Shown here one piece after another: positions 10,660 to 20,082 of a DNA stretch of 64,000 nt. The stretch is from Dehalococcoidia bacterium (GTDB taxonomy: Bacteria; Chloroflexota; Dehalococcoidia; Plut-88900). The stretch covers positions 1 through 64,000 of the forward strand of contig CBDBLV010000003.1 in assembly GCA_965207225.1 (NCBI GenBank), given 5' to 3'. Every line of letters starts with the position of its first letter. The first letter of the stretch is position 1. The notes beneath the pieces were generated by a model that did no database searches, had not been told where the DNA came from, and worked only from the letters and a program-made list of their open reading frames with translations. A program made the position numbers and the translations under genes.

Positions 10660-10926
10660 ATGATTGCGAACGTGAAGGCCAAGTACTCCAACGGCGTTCT
10701 CACGCCCCTGGAGCCCTTGGACATTGCCGAGGGAGCGGAAGTGGCCCTGGTGATTGAGGAGATTCCCGTTCAAGCCGCGGCGAAGGGCGCGAATGCTATC
10801 GGAGACATGTCAATGTTGGCCAGGCACCTCATTGAGAAGTACCCGGATGACGGACGAGACCGACCCACCGATGGCTCTGTCAACTACAAACACTACATGT
10901 ACGGTCATCCGAAGAAGGAACCGTAA
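10660..10926 (+). CDS. antitoxin, AF2212/DUF104-like
   Basis: KAKYSNGVLTPLEPLDIAEG motif; stop/start overlap with PIN toxin. Confidence 0.8.
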   Translation: MIANVKAKYSNGVLTPLEPLDIAEGAEVALVIEEIPVQAAAKGANAIGDMSMLARHLIEKYPDDGRDRPTDGSVNYKHYMYGHPKKEP

Positions 10927-11348
10927 TGCGTGTGGTGTTCGCTGACAGTGGATATTGGATCGCACTACTCGACAACCGAGACGACCTTCACGCCCGCGCA
11001 CTCGACTTGAGCTCAGAATCCATCGCGGACCAACTGGTCACGACCCATATGGTTGTGGTCGAGGTACTCAATTTCGCATCGACCCGTGGCGAGTACATGC
11101 GACAGCGTGCAACTGAATGGGCGAAGAGTCTTCGTGGCAGACCAAGCATTGAGGTTGTCTGGCTTACTGAGGACCAGTTTTGGACAGCGGTGGGACGATA
11201 CGAGGCACGCCAGGATCAGACCTGGAGCCTAACGGACTGCGCGAGCTTCCTCATAATGGAAGAACGTGACCTGACTGAGGCGCTCGCCTACGACCGAGAC
11301 TTTGAGCAGGCTGGATTCGTCGCCCTGCTGAGAGGCAGTCACGAGTGA
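10926..11348 (+). CDS. vapC: PIN-domain (VapC-family) toxin
   Basis: VFADSGYWIAL...SLTDCASF...ALAYDRDFEQAGF. Confidence 0.88.
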   Translation: MRVVFADSGYWIALLDNRDDLHARALDLSSESIADQLVTTHMVVVEVLNFASTRGEYMRQRATEWAKSLRGRPSIEVVWLTEDQFWTAVGRYEARQDQTWSLTDCASFLIMEERDLTEALAYDRDFEQAGFVALLRGSHE

Positions 11349-11492
11349 CGCAAAATGCTGGGATTGTGAATGCGTGCGCCCCATTGAATATGCTGGAAGC
11401 CACGATAGGCGCAACGCTGGTAGGCAGCCCAAGAGAGACCACGCAACATCGTTTCGGTGGGTTTACAGACTGCCCAGCCTCAATTCGAAGAC

Positions 11493-11544
11493 GGTTCTGT
11501 CTACCGTCAAAATAGGCCCACCAGACTTGATAAAATCAAGAACC
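11493..11544. other. hybrid serine-recombinase att site A (left junction of element 1a)
   Basis: GGTTCTGTCTACCGTCAA-aata-GGCCCACCAGACTTGA-TAAAATCAAGAACC; shares a 16-bp core with 24842-24857 and has reciprocal arms. Confidence 0.9.
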
Positions 11545-11902
11545 TTCCGGTTGGCCTTGGTGCTGGACCTGTAGGGGCAATCCTACGGGCGAACCGCCTT
11601 GGGGAAGGCACGTCTCAGTGATGGGCGCACCCCGAGCCCTCTACGCGTGCTCGCTATTCTATGGTTGCCCTTCTCCATCCGGTAGCCGGTGCGAGGCTCG
11701 CTCAACAGGTAAGTGAGGTCCGTCTATTCCTAGTCGGGGCAGAGAGTGCCGAAGAGGGCCGGTACATCTCAGACGGCCACCACTCCACCGACCAGTCGCT
11801 TCACGGCAACTTGGTGACCCTTGCCTGTCAATGTCTTGACTTTTGTAGCAGACTGCATCACACTGTCGCACAGTTGCTACATATTGATGCGAGTGTCTTG
11901 AA

Positions 11903-12109
11903 TTGGCCAGAAAGCGACGAACGGTTTCCTATCCCGAAGGGGTTACTCCTGACCTCGAAGAGTTGCTGAACCGACTTCGCGAGTGCAGGGACGGCCCATA
12001 CTGGAACAGAAGCCTGAGTGACATCGGCGGAATGGTCCTGCTGAAAGGAGCTCAGTCGGAGCTAGAAAAATACAGTAACCAGGATCAACAAGGGGGGGCG
12101 GAGTCATGA
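11903..12109 (+). CDS. small hypothetical protein, possible regulator
   Basis: TTG start; ATGA overlap with the downstream methylase. Confidence 0.45.
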   Translation: MARKRRTVSYPEGVTPDLEELLNRLRECRDGPYWNRSLSDIGGMVLLKGAQSELEKYSNQDQQGGAES

Positions 12110-14631
12110 CCCTGACTCATGACCAGGTGCTGGAACACCTAAAGCACGAGTTCCATGGTCTCGGTTATGTCGGCGGACTCCTGCAAGAAGACTATGCATT
12201 CGCTGATGTCCTAGCCTCCCACTATGCGGTAAAACGCATCCCACTCGCAGCATTCGTTCAAGAACCTCCCTCCTACCGAACCGCCTCGTTCGGCGTGGCC
12301 GTAGCCAACGGACGGTCTGGAATCGACTCCATCCTTGACCATCGCTCCTTGGGCGCTCCGCAGATTCTTGAGATCAACGACGACCGAGTGCTCAGGTGGA
12401 AGGTCACAGGAAAGGGTAGGCCTATACTCTTGGATGAAGTAGGTGTGGATAGGCTCCATGGCTTCTTCAGCCAGCACCGTGATGATTGGTCACCCCAGCA
12501 AGTTCTGCGGGCCAAGTCCGCAGGGCCTGTGGCTACGCAACTCGACTTCCTTGACCTAGACTTAATGCCGCTTCTTGACTACGAGGTGCGTACCAAGCTT
12601 GATGTGCTCTTACGCGACACTGTAGCTTTGGCACGTAGGACATTCCAGAGAAACTTGCCGTTCACAGAAAAGCACTATCCTCCGCTGTTCCGTCTGATCT
12701 TCAGACTGATTGCCGCTAAAGTGCTAGCAGATCGTCGCTATCAAGGGGACTGGGATTTGGCTGATCCCACATCTGCGATAGAGGCTGTGGAGAACTTGTA
12801 CTTCGGGGACGCAGCTCTGGAACCCGTTCTTCAGGATTATGAAACGCAACTTGCCGTTTGGCAGCGTATCAAGGAGACCTTCCATTTCCAAAACCTTTCG
12901 GTCGATTCTCTTGCCTACGTCTATGAGAATACTCTGGTAACCCAAGAGACTAGAAAACTGTTTGGAATACATAGTACTCCACCAGAAATCGCCGAGTACA
13001 TTGTCAGAAGACTTCCGTTCGACAGCTTGGAGACCCATGAGCGCCGCGTCTTTGAACCCTTCTCTGGTCACTCAGTGTTTCTGGTGGCCGCGATGCAACG
13101 AATGCGTGAACTTCTGCCCGGAGAGATGAACTCTCGCCAGCGACACGATTACTTTGTTGACATGCTCTCTGGGATCGAGATAGACGACTTTGCCAGAGAA
13201 GTCGCCAAGCTGTCTCTCATGCTAGCCGACTATCCCAATCCCGACGGGTGGAGGCTGTATGGTGGAGATGCTCTGAGGTCTCCACTATTTGAGCAAGAAT
13301 TGGCGAAGGCCAACATCGTCCTATGCAACCCACCGTTTGAGATGTTCAGTGAGGATGAAAGAGGTCGTTACGACAATCTGTTCTCAGTACGGAAGCCAGC
13401 GGAAATCCTAAGTCGTGTGCTTCAGAACCCCCCCGAACTCTTAGGTTTCGTCCTCCCACGAGTATTCCTGAAGGGGCTGGGATACAGGAAGCTCCGGTCT
13501 CAGCTTGGGAATACTTACGCCTCTGTCGAGCTACTGGCCTTGCCAGAGCGTGTCTTCAAACGCTCGCGCGCCGAGACCGTGTTGTTGCTCTCCTATGGGC
13601 GTGGCCAGGGGACCGTGCGCCTAAAGGCAGGGGAGGTATATGAAGGAGACCACAAGGGCTTCTACTCTATTCAACCGTCGTACGAATTCGAAGAACACGT
13701 AGAAGACGCAGGGAAGGTGTTTGGCCATGGCATGTGGCGCCCGCCTCTTCACGATGTCTGGCGTGCGACGGCCAACTTGAAGCGCTTGAGCGACATTTCC
13801 TCCGTTCATCGTGGCATCGAATATAACCTACCCTTCGGGGGAAACGAATCACAACTAGTATCCGATAGGGACTCGCCCGGTTTTGTACCGGGAGTCCACA
13901 GGGTAAGGGGCACGGTAGAGCCATTTGCCGTTCTCAATACCGTTTTCCTCAACGCTTCCGTTGACTTCATGCGTGGGTCCGCTTACACGCTTCCTTGGGA
14001 CAAACCGAAGCTCATTGTAAACGCTAGTCGTCAGTCCGTAGGACATTGGAAGATTACGGCTTCATTGGACAATGGAGGTCTCGTCTGTTATCAGAACTTT
14101 CATGGAGTTTGGCCGAACGACGGCACTCCTTTGGAAGTCCTGGCTGCCGTGCTCAATGGCCCTGTTGCTAACGCATTTGTGAGCACCCATGGAACTGGTC
14201 GGCATGTTACAGTTCAGTCCTTGAAGGGCATCCCAGTCCCCGAGTTTGGCCATACACAGCAGCAGCACATATCGTCACTAGTCAAGCAATACTTGAATGC
14301 CCGTAGCCTTTGGCTGACTGAAGGGGTCGGTGCAGATGAAGCGCGCCAGCTTTGCACGTGGCTCCTGAAGTCGATAGACGCCGAAGTACTAAGGGCCTAC
14401 GATCTATCACCTCGCATAGAGCGTATGCTGTTGGATTACTTCGCCGGGCATTCCCGCCTTGGACCTGTCGAGTTCACGGAGTACTATCCTCGAGGCTTCG
14501 GTCCATACATTCCGTGGCACATTTACATTTCAGAGGAATTCAAGGAGGCCCAAGCCAAGAATACTCTGGACCGACTTCCCGTCATTCCAGCATCGACTAT
14601 TATCAATGAAGCCCTTTCCTATGTGGAATAG
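12106..14631 (+). CDS. N6-adenine DNA methyltransferase domain protein (RM-like, with TRD-like C-terminus)
   Basis: GIHSTPPEIA, FEPFSGHS (motif I), CNPPF (motif IV). Confidence 0.85.
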   Translation: MTLTHDQVLEHLKHEFHGLGYVGGLLQEDYAFADVLASHYAVKRIPLAAFVQEPPSYRTASFGVAVANGRSGIDSILDHRSLGAPQILEINDDRVLRWKVTGKGRPILLDEVGVDRLHGFFSQHRDDWSPQQVLRAKSAGPVATQLDFLDLDLMPLLDYEVRTKLDVLLRDTVALARRTFQRNLPFTEKHYPPLFRLIFRLIAAKVLADRRYQGDWDLADPTSAIEAVENLYFGDAALEPVLQDYETQLAVWQRIKETFHFQNLSVDSLAYVYENTLVTQETRKLFGIHSTPPEIAEYIVRRLPFDSLETHERRVFEPFSGHSVFLVAAMQRMRELLPGEMNSRQRHDYFVDMLSGIEIDDFAREVAKLSLMLADYPNPDGWRLYGGDALRSPLFEQELAKANIVLCNPPFEMFSEDERGRYDNLFSVRKPAEILSRVLQNPPELLGFVLPRVFLKGLGYRKLRSQLGNTYASVELLALPERVFKRSRAETVLLLSYGRGQGTVRLKAGEVYEGDHKGFYSIQPSYEFEEHVEDAGKVFGHGMWRPPLHDVWRATANLKRLSDISSVHRGIEYNLPFGGNESQLVSDRDSPGFVPGVHRVRGTVEPFAVLNTVFLNASVDFMRGSAYTLPWDKPKLIVNASRQSVGHWKITASLDNGGLVCYQNFHGVWPNDGTPLEVLAAVLNGPVANAFVSTHGTGRHVTVQSLKGIPVPEFGHTQQQHISSLVKQYLNARSLWLTEGVGADEARQLCTWLLKSIDAEVLRAYDLSPRIERMLLDYFAGHSRLGPVEFTEYYPRGFGPYIPWHIYISEEFKEAQAKNTLDRLPVIPASTIINEALSYVE

Positions 14632-14644
14632 AAGTTGATGGCTC

Positions 14645-15154
14645 ATGACAACGGAAGGCTATCTCTTAGATACAAACATCGCCAGTTGGGCCTGCCACGA
14701 GGGTAGTAAACCTCATGCCAGAGTAAGGGCAAGGGTGGATGGCCTCGGAGATGATGTAGCGTTCATTTCAGCAGTTTCCTTAGCTGAAGTTGAATATGGT
14801 CTCAATCTTGTCCCCTCAGGCGTGCAAGAGCCAGCTAACTTCGGGCGTGCAATGGATATGTATCAGGTTCTGCCTATTGATCGCCATACGGCAGAAATCT
14901 ACGGCAGCATACGAGCCGACCTCTTTAGGGCATACGCACCTAGAGACCGCCGGAACAGATTCGCCTCCCGTTACGTTGAGGATCTGCGCGAGCGCACTTC
15001 AGGTAAGGAACTTGGTATTCAAGAGAATGACCTGTGGATCGTGAGCGTTGCCGTCGAGTACAACTTGATATTCGTTACCGGAGATCGTGGCGGTGGCATG
15101 AAGAAGATCGTTGAGGTAGCAAACTACGCTCATCGGACACAGTATTGGAGCTAG
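14645..15154 (+). CDS. PIN-domain ribonuclease
   Basis: YLLDTNI...SAVSLAEVEYG...ENDLWI...FVTGD. Confidence 0.85.
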   Translation: MTTEGYLLDTNIASWACHEGSKPHARVRARVDGLGDDVAFISAVSLAEVEYGLNLVPSGVQEPANFGRAMDMYQVLPIDRHTAEIYGSIRADLFRAYAPRDRRNRFASRYVEDLRERTSGKELGIQENDLWIVSVAVEYNLIFVTGDRGGGMKKIVEVANYAHRTQYWS

Positions 15155-15236
15155 GTTGTATGAGTGCATTACCTAACCAAGCAGGCTTAGGGTTTACTGG
15201 CCATTCGAACACAGGCCGACAGGGTTCATAGAGCAA

Positions 15237-18125
15237 ATGCCACGACAGACAGAACCGAACGCGAACAACGCACTAGGCGACTTGCTACGAGGCATGATGC
15301 CGGGCTGTGAGGTCCGCTCTGAGAACACCCAGACTTTCCCTGACTATCCAGGCCGCCATGCCGACGTGCTGATTGCCGCTCCTGGCCGCTCCCCTGTAGT
15401 AGTCGAAGCCGAATATGAGCCGGCCGCTGAAGTGGAGAGGGATGCGTCCGAACGCTTGGGGCTTCGCGTGCAGGGACAACCCCGAACGGTCGAAGCCGCT
15501 ATAGCCGTGCGCTACCCGAAGGTTGTAGAGGATGCCTATGATGTGCGCCAGACCCTCTCCGAAGCTCGTCTCTCGTACTACGTCCTGCATCAAGACGGCA
15601 GTCGGTTTCCTGAATCGGGGTGGCTAGAAGGTTCAGCGACCGACTTGGCTGACCTAGCCCGTCTGGTGTCTGTCCCGCAGAAAGCGGTGGAGCAGGCGGC
15701 TGACACGCTTGAGCGCGGCATTGGCCAGGCCGCCAACCGCTTGGAGGAAATGGCTAAGCTGCGCCCTAACGTCACGCCAGTTATTGCCCGGTTGTTGGGA
15801 ATGAGCGACGTTCCCCAGACCCGTCGCATGGCCTGCGCCATTATCGCCAACGCCATGGTCTTCCACCAGCGCATCGCAGGGATACATGAGGGTGTGAAGC
15901 TTCTGCGCTTGGTGTGCGGTCCCAATGTCGCAAACCCGCAGGGTGAAACGCTAACGGCCTGGGAAGACATCCTGAAGATCAACTACTGGCCCATCTTTGC
16001 AATTGCCAAAGACATCTTGGAGCAGCTTCCTGGAGACGCTGCCACCGACATCTTGCGGGAGTTGCTGGAGACCGCTCAGGAGGTTGAATCCACCGGCGTC
16101 GACAACGCCCACGACTTGACCGGACGCATCTTCCAACGGCTTATCGCCGACCGGAAGTATCTTGCTACCTTCTACACCCTGCCAGCGTCAGCTGCGCTCT
16201 TGGCCAGACTCGCCGTAGCGAAGATGGATGGCGTGGACTGGTCCGACGCCGAGGCCATCGGCAGGCTGCGCATCGGGGATTTCGCCTGCGGCACCGGTGC
16301 TCTGTTGTCGGCGGTATATGAGCAAGTTGCTTCCCGCCACGAGCGCGCCGGGGGTGACTCCACAGCCCTGCATCCAGTGATGATGGAGGAAATCTTGTAT
16401 GGCTGCGACGTCATGCCCTCGGCCATTCACATCACCGGCTCCACCTTGTCCGGTATGCGGCCCAACGTGGGATTCAAGCAGTCCCGCCTCTACACCCTAC
16501 CGTATGGTGAGTTGGGGGACGGCAGCGTCTCCATCGGCTCCTTGGAACTGTTGATTTCAGATTCTCAGTTGACACTAGCAAATTTCAGCGATCCTGCCCT
16601 GCGCACAGGAAGCGTTGGAGAAGAGACTGCGGCTCAGGTCACCCTCGACATTCCCCATGGAGGATTTGACCTTGTGATCATGAATCCGCCGTTCACTCGA
16701 AACACTACGAATGAAGGTGAACACGCTGGTGAGTTCAATTCTGCCTTCGCTGCCTTCGATACGACCGACGAAACTCAGAGGGCAATGAGTAAGCGAATGG
16801 CCATCCTCAAGAAGGGCACGTGTTACCACGGCAATGCTGGTTTGGCATCGGCCTTCGCAGCGTTAGGTGACAAGAAGCTTAAGCCCGGCGGTGTATTGGC
16901 CTTGGTTCTGCCACTTTCAACTGCGTCTGGGCTGTCGTGGAAGGAATTCCGAAAGATGTTGGCGACCGACTACACTGATTTGACGGTCTTGAGCCTCGCG
17001 GCCAATGGCAGGGAGATGTCTTTCTCATCGGATACGGGAATGGGGGAATGCCTGATAGTCGCTCGAAAGCGCATAAAGGATGACCCGGCACGCGGCGCGC
17101 AGTTTGTGTCTCTTCGACATCGACCCAAGGGGTTCGCACAAGCCAGCACTATGGCAATTAGCATCACGCATCATGATAGTGTGAGGCAGATCGAAGACGG
17201 GCCTTATGGAGGGGCACACCTTCTCGTAGGGGGCGACACGGTTGGTGAAACGCTGACAGCCCGGCCGTCAACAGGCGGAGATAGTTGGGGCGGAGTCCGC
17301 GTTCTAGACTACTCTCTAGCCCAAACTGCCTACGCCCTCTTGAGCTCTAACTTATGGCTTCCTTCGAAGAAGCCACTGAAGCTGAATATGACCTTGCTCG
17401 GTAAGATGAGCAGGATCGGGCTGCATCATCGAGACATTACAGGCCCAACCCCAAGAGGCCCCTTTACGAAGGCTGCACCTAGTCCGACTGCCACCTATCC
17501 GTCCCTGTGGAATCACGATGCTAAGGAAGAAACCAGGATCGTGTGCTCACCCGATGCTCAGTTACTGGTAAAGACTGGGATGGAGGACAAAGCAGACAGG
17601 CTTTGGGCAGTCGCCAGTCGGACACACCTAAATGCAGAGTTTACATTTGGGTCTCAGCCTCTTGCTGTTGCCTTCACAGAGTTCAGGACCATGGGAGGAA
17701 GGGTATGGCCCAATGTGAAGCTCGCTGATCAGCGGTTCGACTACGCTTTCGCCGTGTGGGGCAATAGTACGATGGGCCTATTGTCGTACTGGTGGCACAC
17801 AAGCCGGCAACAGTCTAGCAAGGCTACTACTTCATTGGGCTCCGCGGAGATGTTGCCCGTGCTCGATTTCCGCGCCTTGAGCGATGCGCAGCTGGTGATG
17901 GCGGAGACGATATTCGACGAGTTCAGGGGCAAGGAGTTGAAGCCTGCCTACCTTGCCGACGCTGACCCTAACCGCGCGTTGCTGGACAGGCGCGTGATCT
18001 GCGGCCTCTTGGGCTTCGACGAGGAAGTGTACAAGGCAGTTCGGAGGCTGTCGGCCAAGTGGTGCGCCGAGCCGTCCGTTCACGGTGGGAAGGCACGCCC
18101 AAAGACTGCCAAGCTCGTCATCTAG
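15237..18125 (+). CDS. type IIG-like restriction-modification fusion (nuclease + N6 methyltransferase + specificity region)
   Basis: N-terminal HADVLI...VVVEAE nuclease-like motif; TFYT, DFACGTG, MNPPF. Confidence 0.8.
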   Translation: MPRQTEPNANNALGDLLRGMMPGCEVRSENTQTFPDYPGRHADVLIAAPGRSPVVVEAEYEPAAEVERDASERLGLRVQGQPRTVEAAIAVRYPKVVEDAYDVRQTLSEARLSYYVLHQDGSRFPESGWLEGSATDLADLARLVSVPQKAVEQAADTLERGIGQAANRLEEMAKLRPNVTPVIARLLGMSDVPQTRRMACAIIANAMVFHQRIAGIHEGVKLLRLVCGPNVANPQGETLTAWEDILKINYWPIFAIAKDILEQLPGDAATDILRELLETAQEVESTGVDNAHDLTGRIFQRLIADRKYLATFYTLPASAALLARLAVAKMDGVDWSDAEAIGRLRIGDFACGTGALLSAVYEQVASRHERAGGDSTALHPVMMEEILYGCDVMPSAIHITGSTLSGMRPNVGFKQSRLYTLPYGELGDGSVSIGSLELLISDSQLTLANFSDPALRTGSVGEETAAQVTLDIPHGGFDLVIMNPPFTRNTTNEGEHAGEFNSAFAAFDTTDETQRAMSKRMAILKKGTCYHGNAGLASAFAALGDKKLKPGGVLALVLPLSTASGLSWKEFRKMLATDYTDLTVLSLAANGREMSFSSDTGMGECLIVARKRIKDDPARGAQFVSLRHRPKGFAQASTMAISITHHDSVRQIEDGPYGGAHLLVGGDTVGETLTARPSTGGDSWGGVRVLDYSLAQTAYALLSSNLWLPSKKPLKLNMTLLGKMSRIGLHHRDITGPTPRGPFTKAAPSPTATYPSLWNHDAKEETRIVCSPDAQLLVKTGMEDKADRLWAVASRTHLNAEFTFGSQPLAVAFTEFRTMGGRVWPNVKLADQRFDYAFAVWGNSTMGLLSYWWHTSRQQSSKATTSLGSAEMLPVLDFRALSDAQLVMAETIFDEFRGKELKPAYLADADPNRALLDRRVICGLLGFDEEVYKAVRRLSAKWCAEPSVHGGKARPKTAKLVI

Positions 18126-18222
18126 TCGCAGCGCCTGCGCTGAATCCAGAGAGCACGTTTCCTATCCCCGGTGTGCCACGTGACGATTGCCCATCGGGTC
18201 ACTCAATCGCTACCCTCGTGCT

Positions 18223-18555
18223 ATGGCGATCTCAGACCTACAACTACTCGACACCCTCAGCAGAACGCCCTTCGTCGATTCAACGGAGCTGGCGGGCATC
18301 CTGGGCGAGCCCCACGCGACCGTGCACCGCAGGCTGTCCGAGTTGCTGGATGACGGCATCGTGGGGCGCATCACCCACGGCACCGTCCACCTGCCGTCGA
18401 GCGGAAGGTATTGCCTGACGACGAAGGGCATCAGCGAGGACGCCGACTTTCTAGACTTCGACACGCCCTCGGACTTCGTGCGGGCCTACCCCATGTCGAG
18501 GGAGTGGCTGACGCTGCTCCTGCGCCGGATGGACACCGTTTACCACCTGTCTTGA
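18223..18555 (+). pseudogene. truncated replication-relaxation protein (N-terminal fragment)
   Basis: closely matches the first ~105 aa of 52571-54301 (PFVDSTELA...DFVRAYPMSREWL...RRMD), then stops. Confidence 0.85.
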
Positions 18556-18559
18556 TTCT

Positions 18560-18848
18560 CCGCTTCCGACTCCTTCACTTGTTCTTCGAGAGCCATGACT
18601 TTCTCCGTTATGTCACCGGCGTCATCGTCCTGCACATCCCCGGCGTCAACGCCCACGGCCCGACACTCCTCCAACGCCCTTCGCATCCGCCAGAGACGCG
18701 ACTAGACTCTCGACAGGCCACCACCATGACGCCGCTTCATCCCCAGAGCCTCTGTCACGGTCCGATAGGGGCTGTCCAATAGGAGCCTTCACGCCGTCGC
18801 CGGAATCCCTACGCCTACCTCCATGACAGGCTCATCGCGGTCAACCAC
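18560..18848 (-). pseudogene. decayed paralog of HTH/coiled-coil protein 31437-32306
   Basis: reverse complement aligns by eye with 31437-31750 (e.g. GCGGATGCGAAGGGCGTTGGAGGAG vs GCGGATGCGGAAGGCGTTGGCGGAG); no intact ORF; left end approximate. Confidence 0.6.
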
Positions 18849-20059
18849 GTGGGTCGTCATGCCTCAGAAAGTACAATTCCTACAATACAATCACTACAAT
18901 GAAGTTGCGATGGAGCCGCAGTAAAACTGCTCCCTGGATTCCCTTCGCTTCGCCCTGATTTCCCTTCATTCAGCTACGAATGTCAACCAGATTGTATTCT
19001 GCAATGCACTTCAATCCTCCCTACTGCCCTCCCACTGCGATAACATCCTCTGAGCGATTGTAGTCTGACGCATCAGCCCCCTGAACACCGGCACAGTGAA
19101 TTCCCGGCTGTTGACGTTCTCCCTGAGGATGCTCGACTCCCCATCGCTTGCTCCCGCCATGTTCATCACAGAGCACCGCCGACATCGCGAACGCCAGCCC
19201 TCTCCACGATGTCGTGTCTGGCGGTCGCCCGGTGTCAGTGCTCTCAGCCGGTGATGAGCCTGACACTGGCTTTCCGTCTTTGACGCTCGGCCTCTCCCTT
19301 CACTTCGCCCGCGAGGTCACTCACGGCGTCCTGCATCACGAGGTCGTGCTGATGACTGCGAATAACCGGGAGGCCGTCGCCGCGTTCTACGCATCACCAC
19401 CGACACGCTCGCATGGATACTTCCGCCGCCGTATTCCTTCGACAGCCCCGCGATGGCCCTGATGCATCAGGCACAACAATGTCCACAGTTTCCGTTCCGA
19501 GCACTTCCATTAGGAGCTCTCCCAGCAGCCTTGCTGGGACAACTTGCAGACGCGACCGGTCACGCATCTCCCCTTCCGCCCACAAATGTACAATCCGTTG
19601 CAGAACCGACCGGTCAGGGGTGGTCAGCATCGTCGCTCATGCCTCTCACCCTCCAGCTACGGCCAAAGCTACGCAGCCCTGTCCGAAACCCTCACCCAAC
19701 GGAGACGCAGGCCCTCGCAACTTGCCGCCAACTTGTCGCCGAAACCGTTCCCAGGGCTTCCTATAGGGCGGAAAAGGGCATTCCCTCTACTCACCGTGTC
19801 GGCCCCCAACAGCTCCCAAAAGTACATTTCGTTGCAGAACCGGCGGGATGACGGAGACCTCGCCGATCACGTCCTCCCCGACCTGTTCGACGCTATCGAC
19901 AGGCTGACGTGTCACCATGTAACGACCGGGACCAGGGATTCGTCATCGTCTTCAGGGAGACGAAAACGCGCTCCAACACGCCGGTCTGCTCGACGTCACG
20001 CACCCCCGCCTCAAGCGCCTCTTTTGCCCTGTTTTGTCATCGGAGGGCCACCACGACGC

Positions 20060-20082
20060 CGCGTCATGCACCCCCACCTCAA
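20060..20082. promoter_or_regulatory. conserved 23-bp non-coding backbone motif, candidate oriT/nic site
   Basis: CGCGTCATGCACCCCCACCTCAA, identical at 63853-63875 and 20/23 in reverse at 54684-54706. Confidence 0.45.

Noticed and set aside
11374-11574. 66-aa ORF as an independent gene
   Set aside because: It is the att site plus the detached Int1 tail; no RBS
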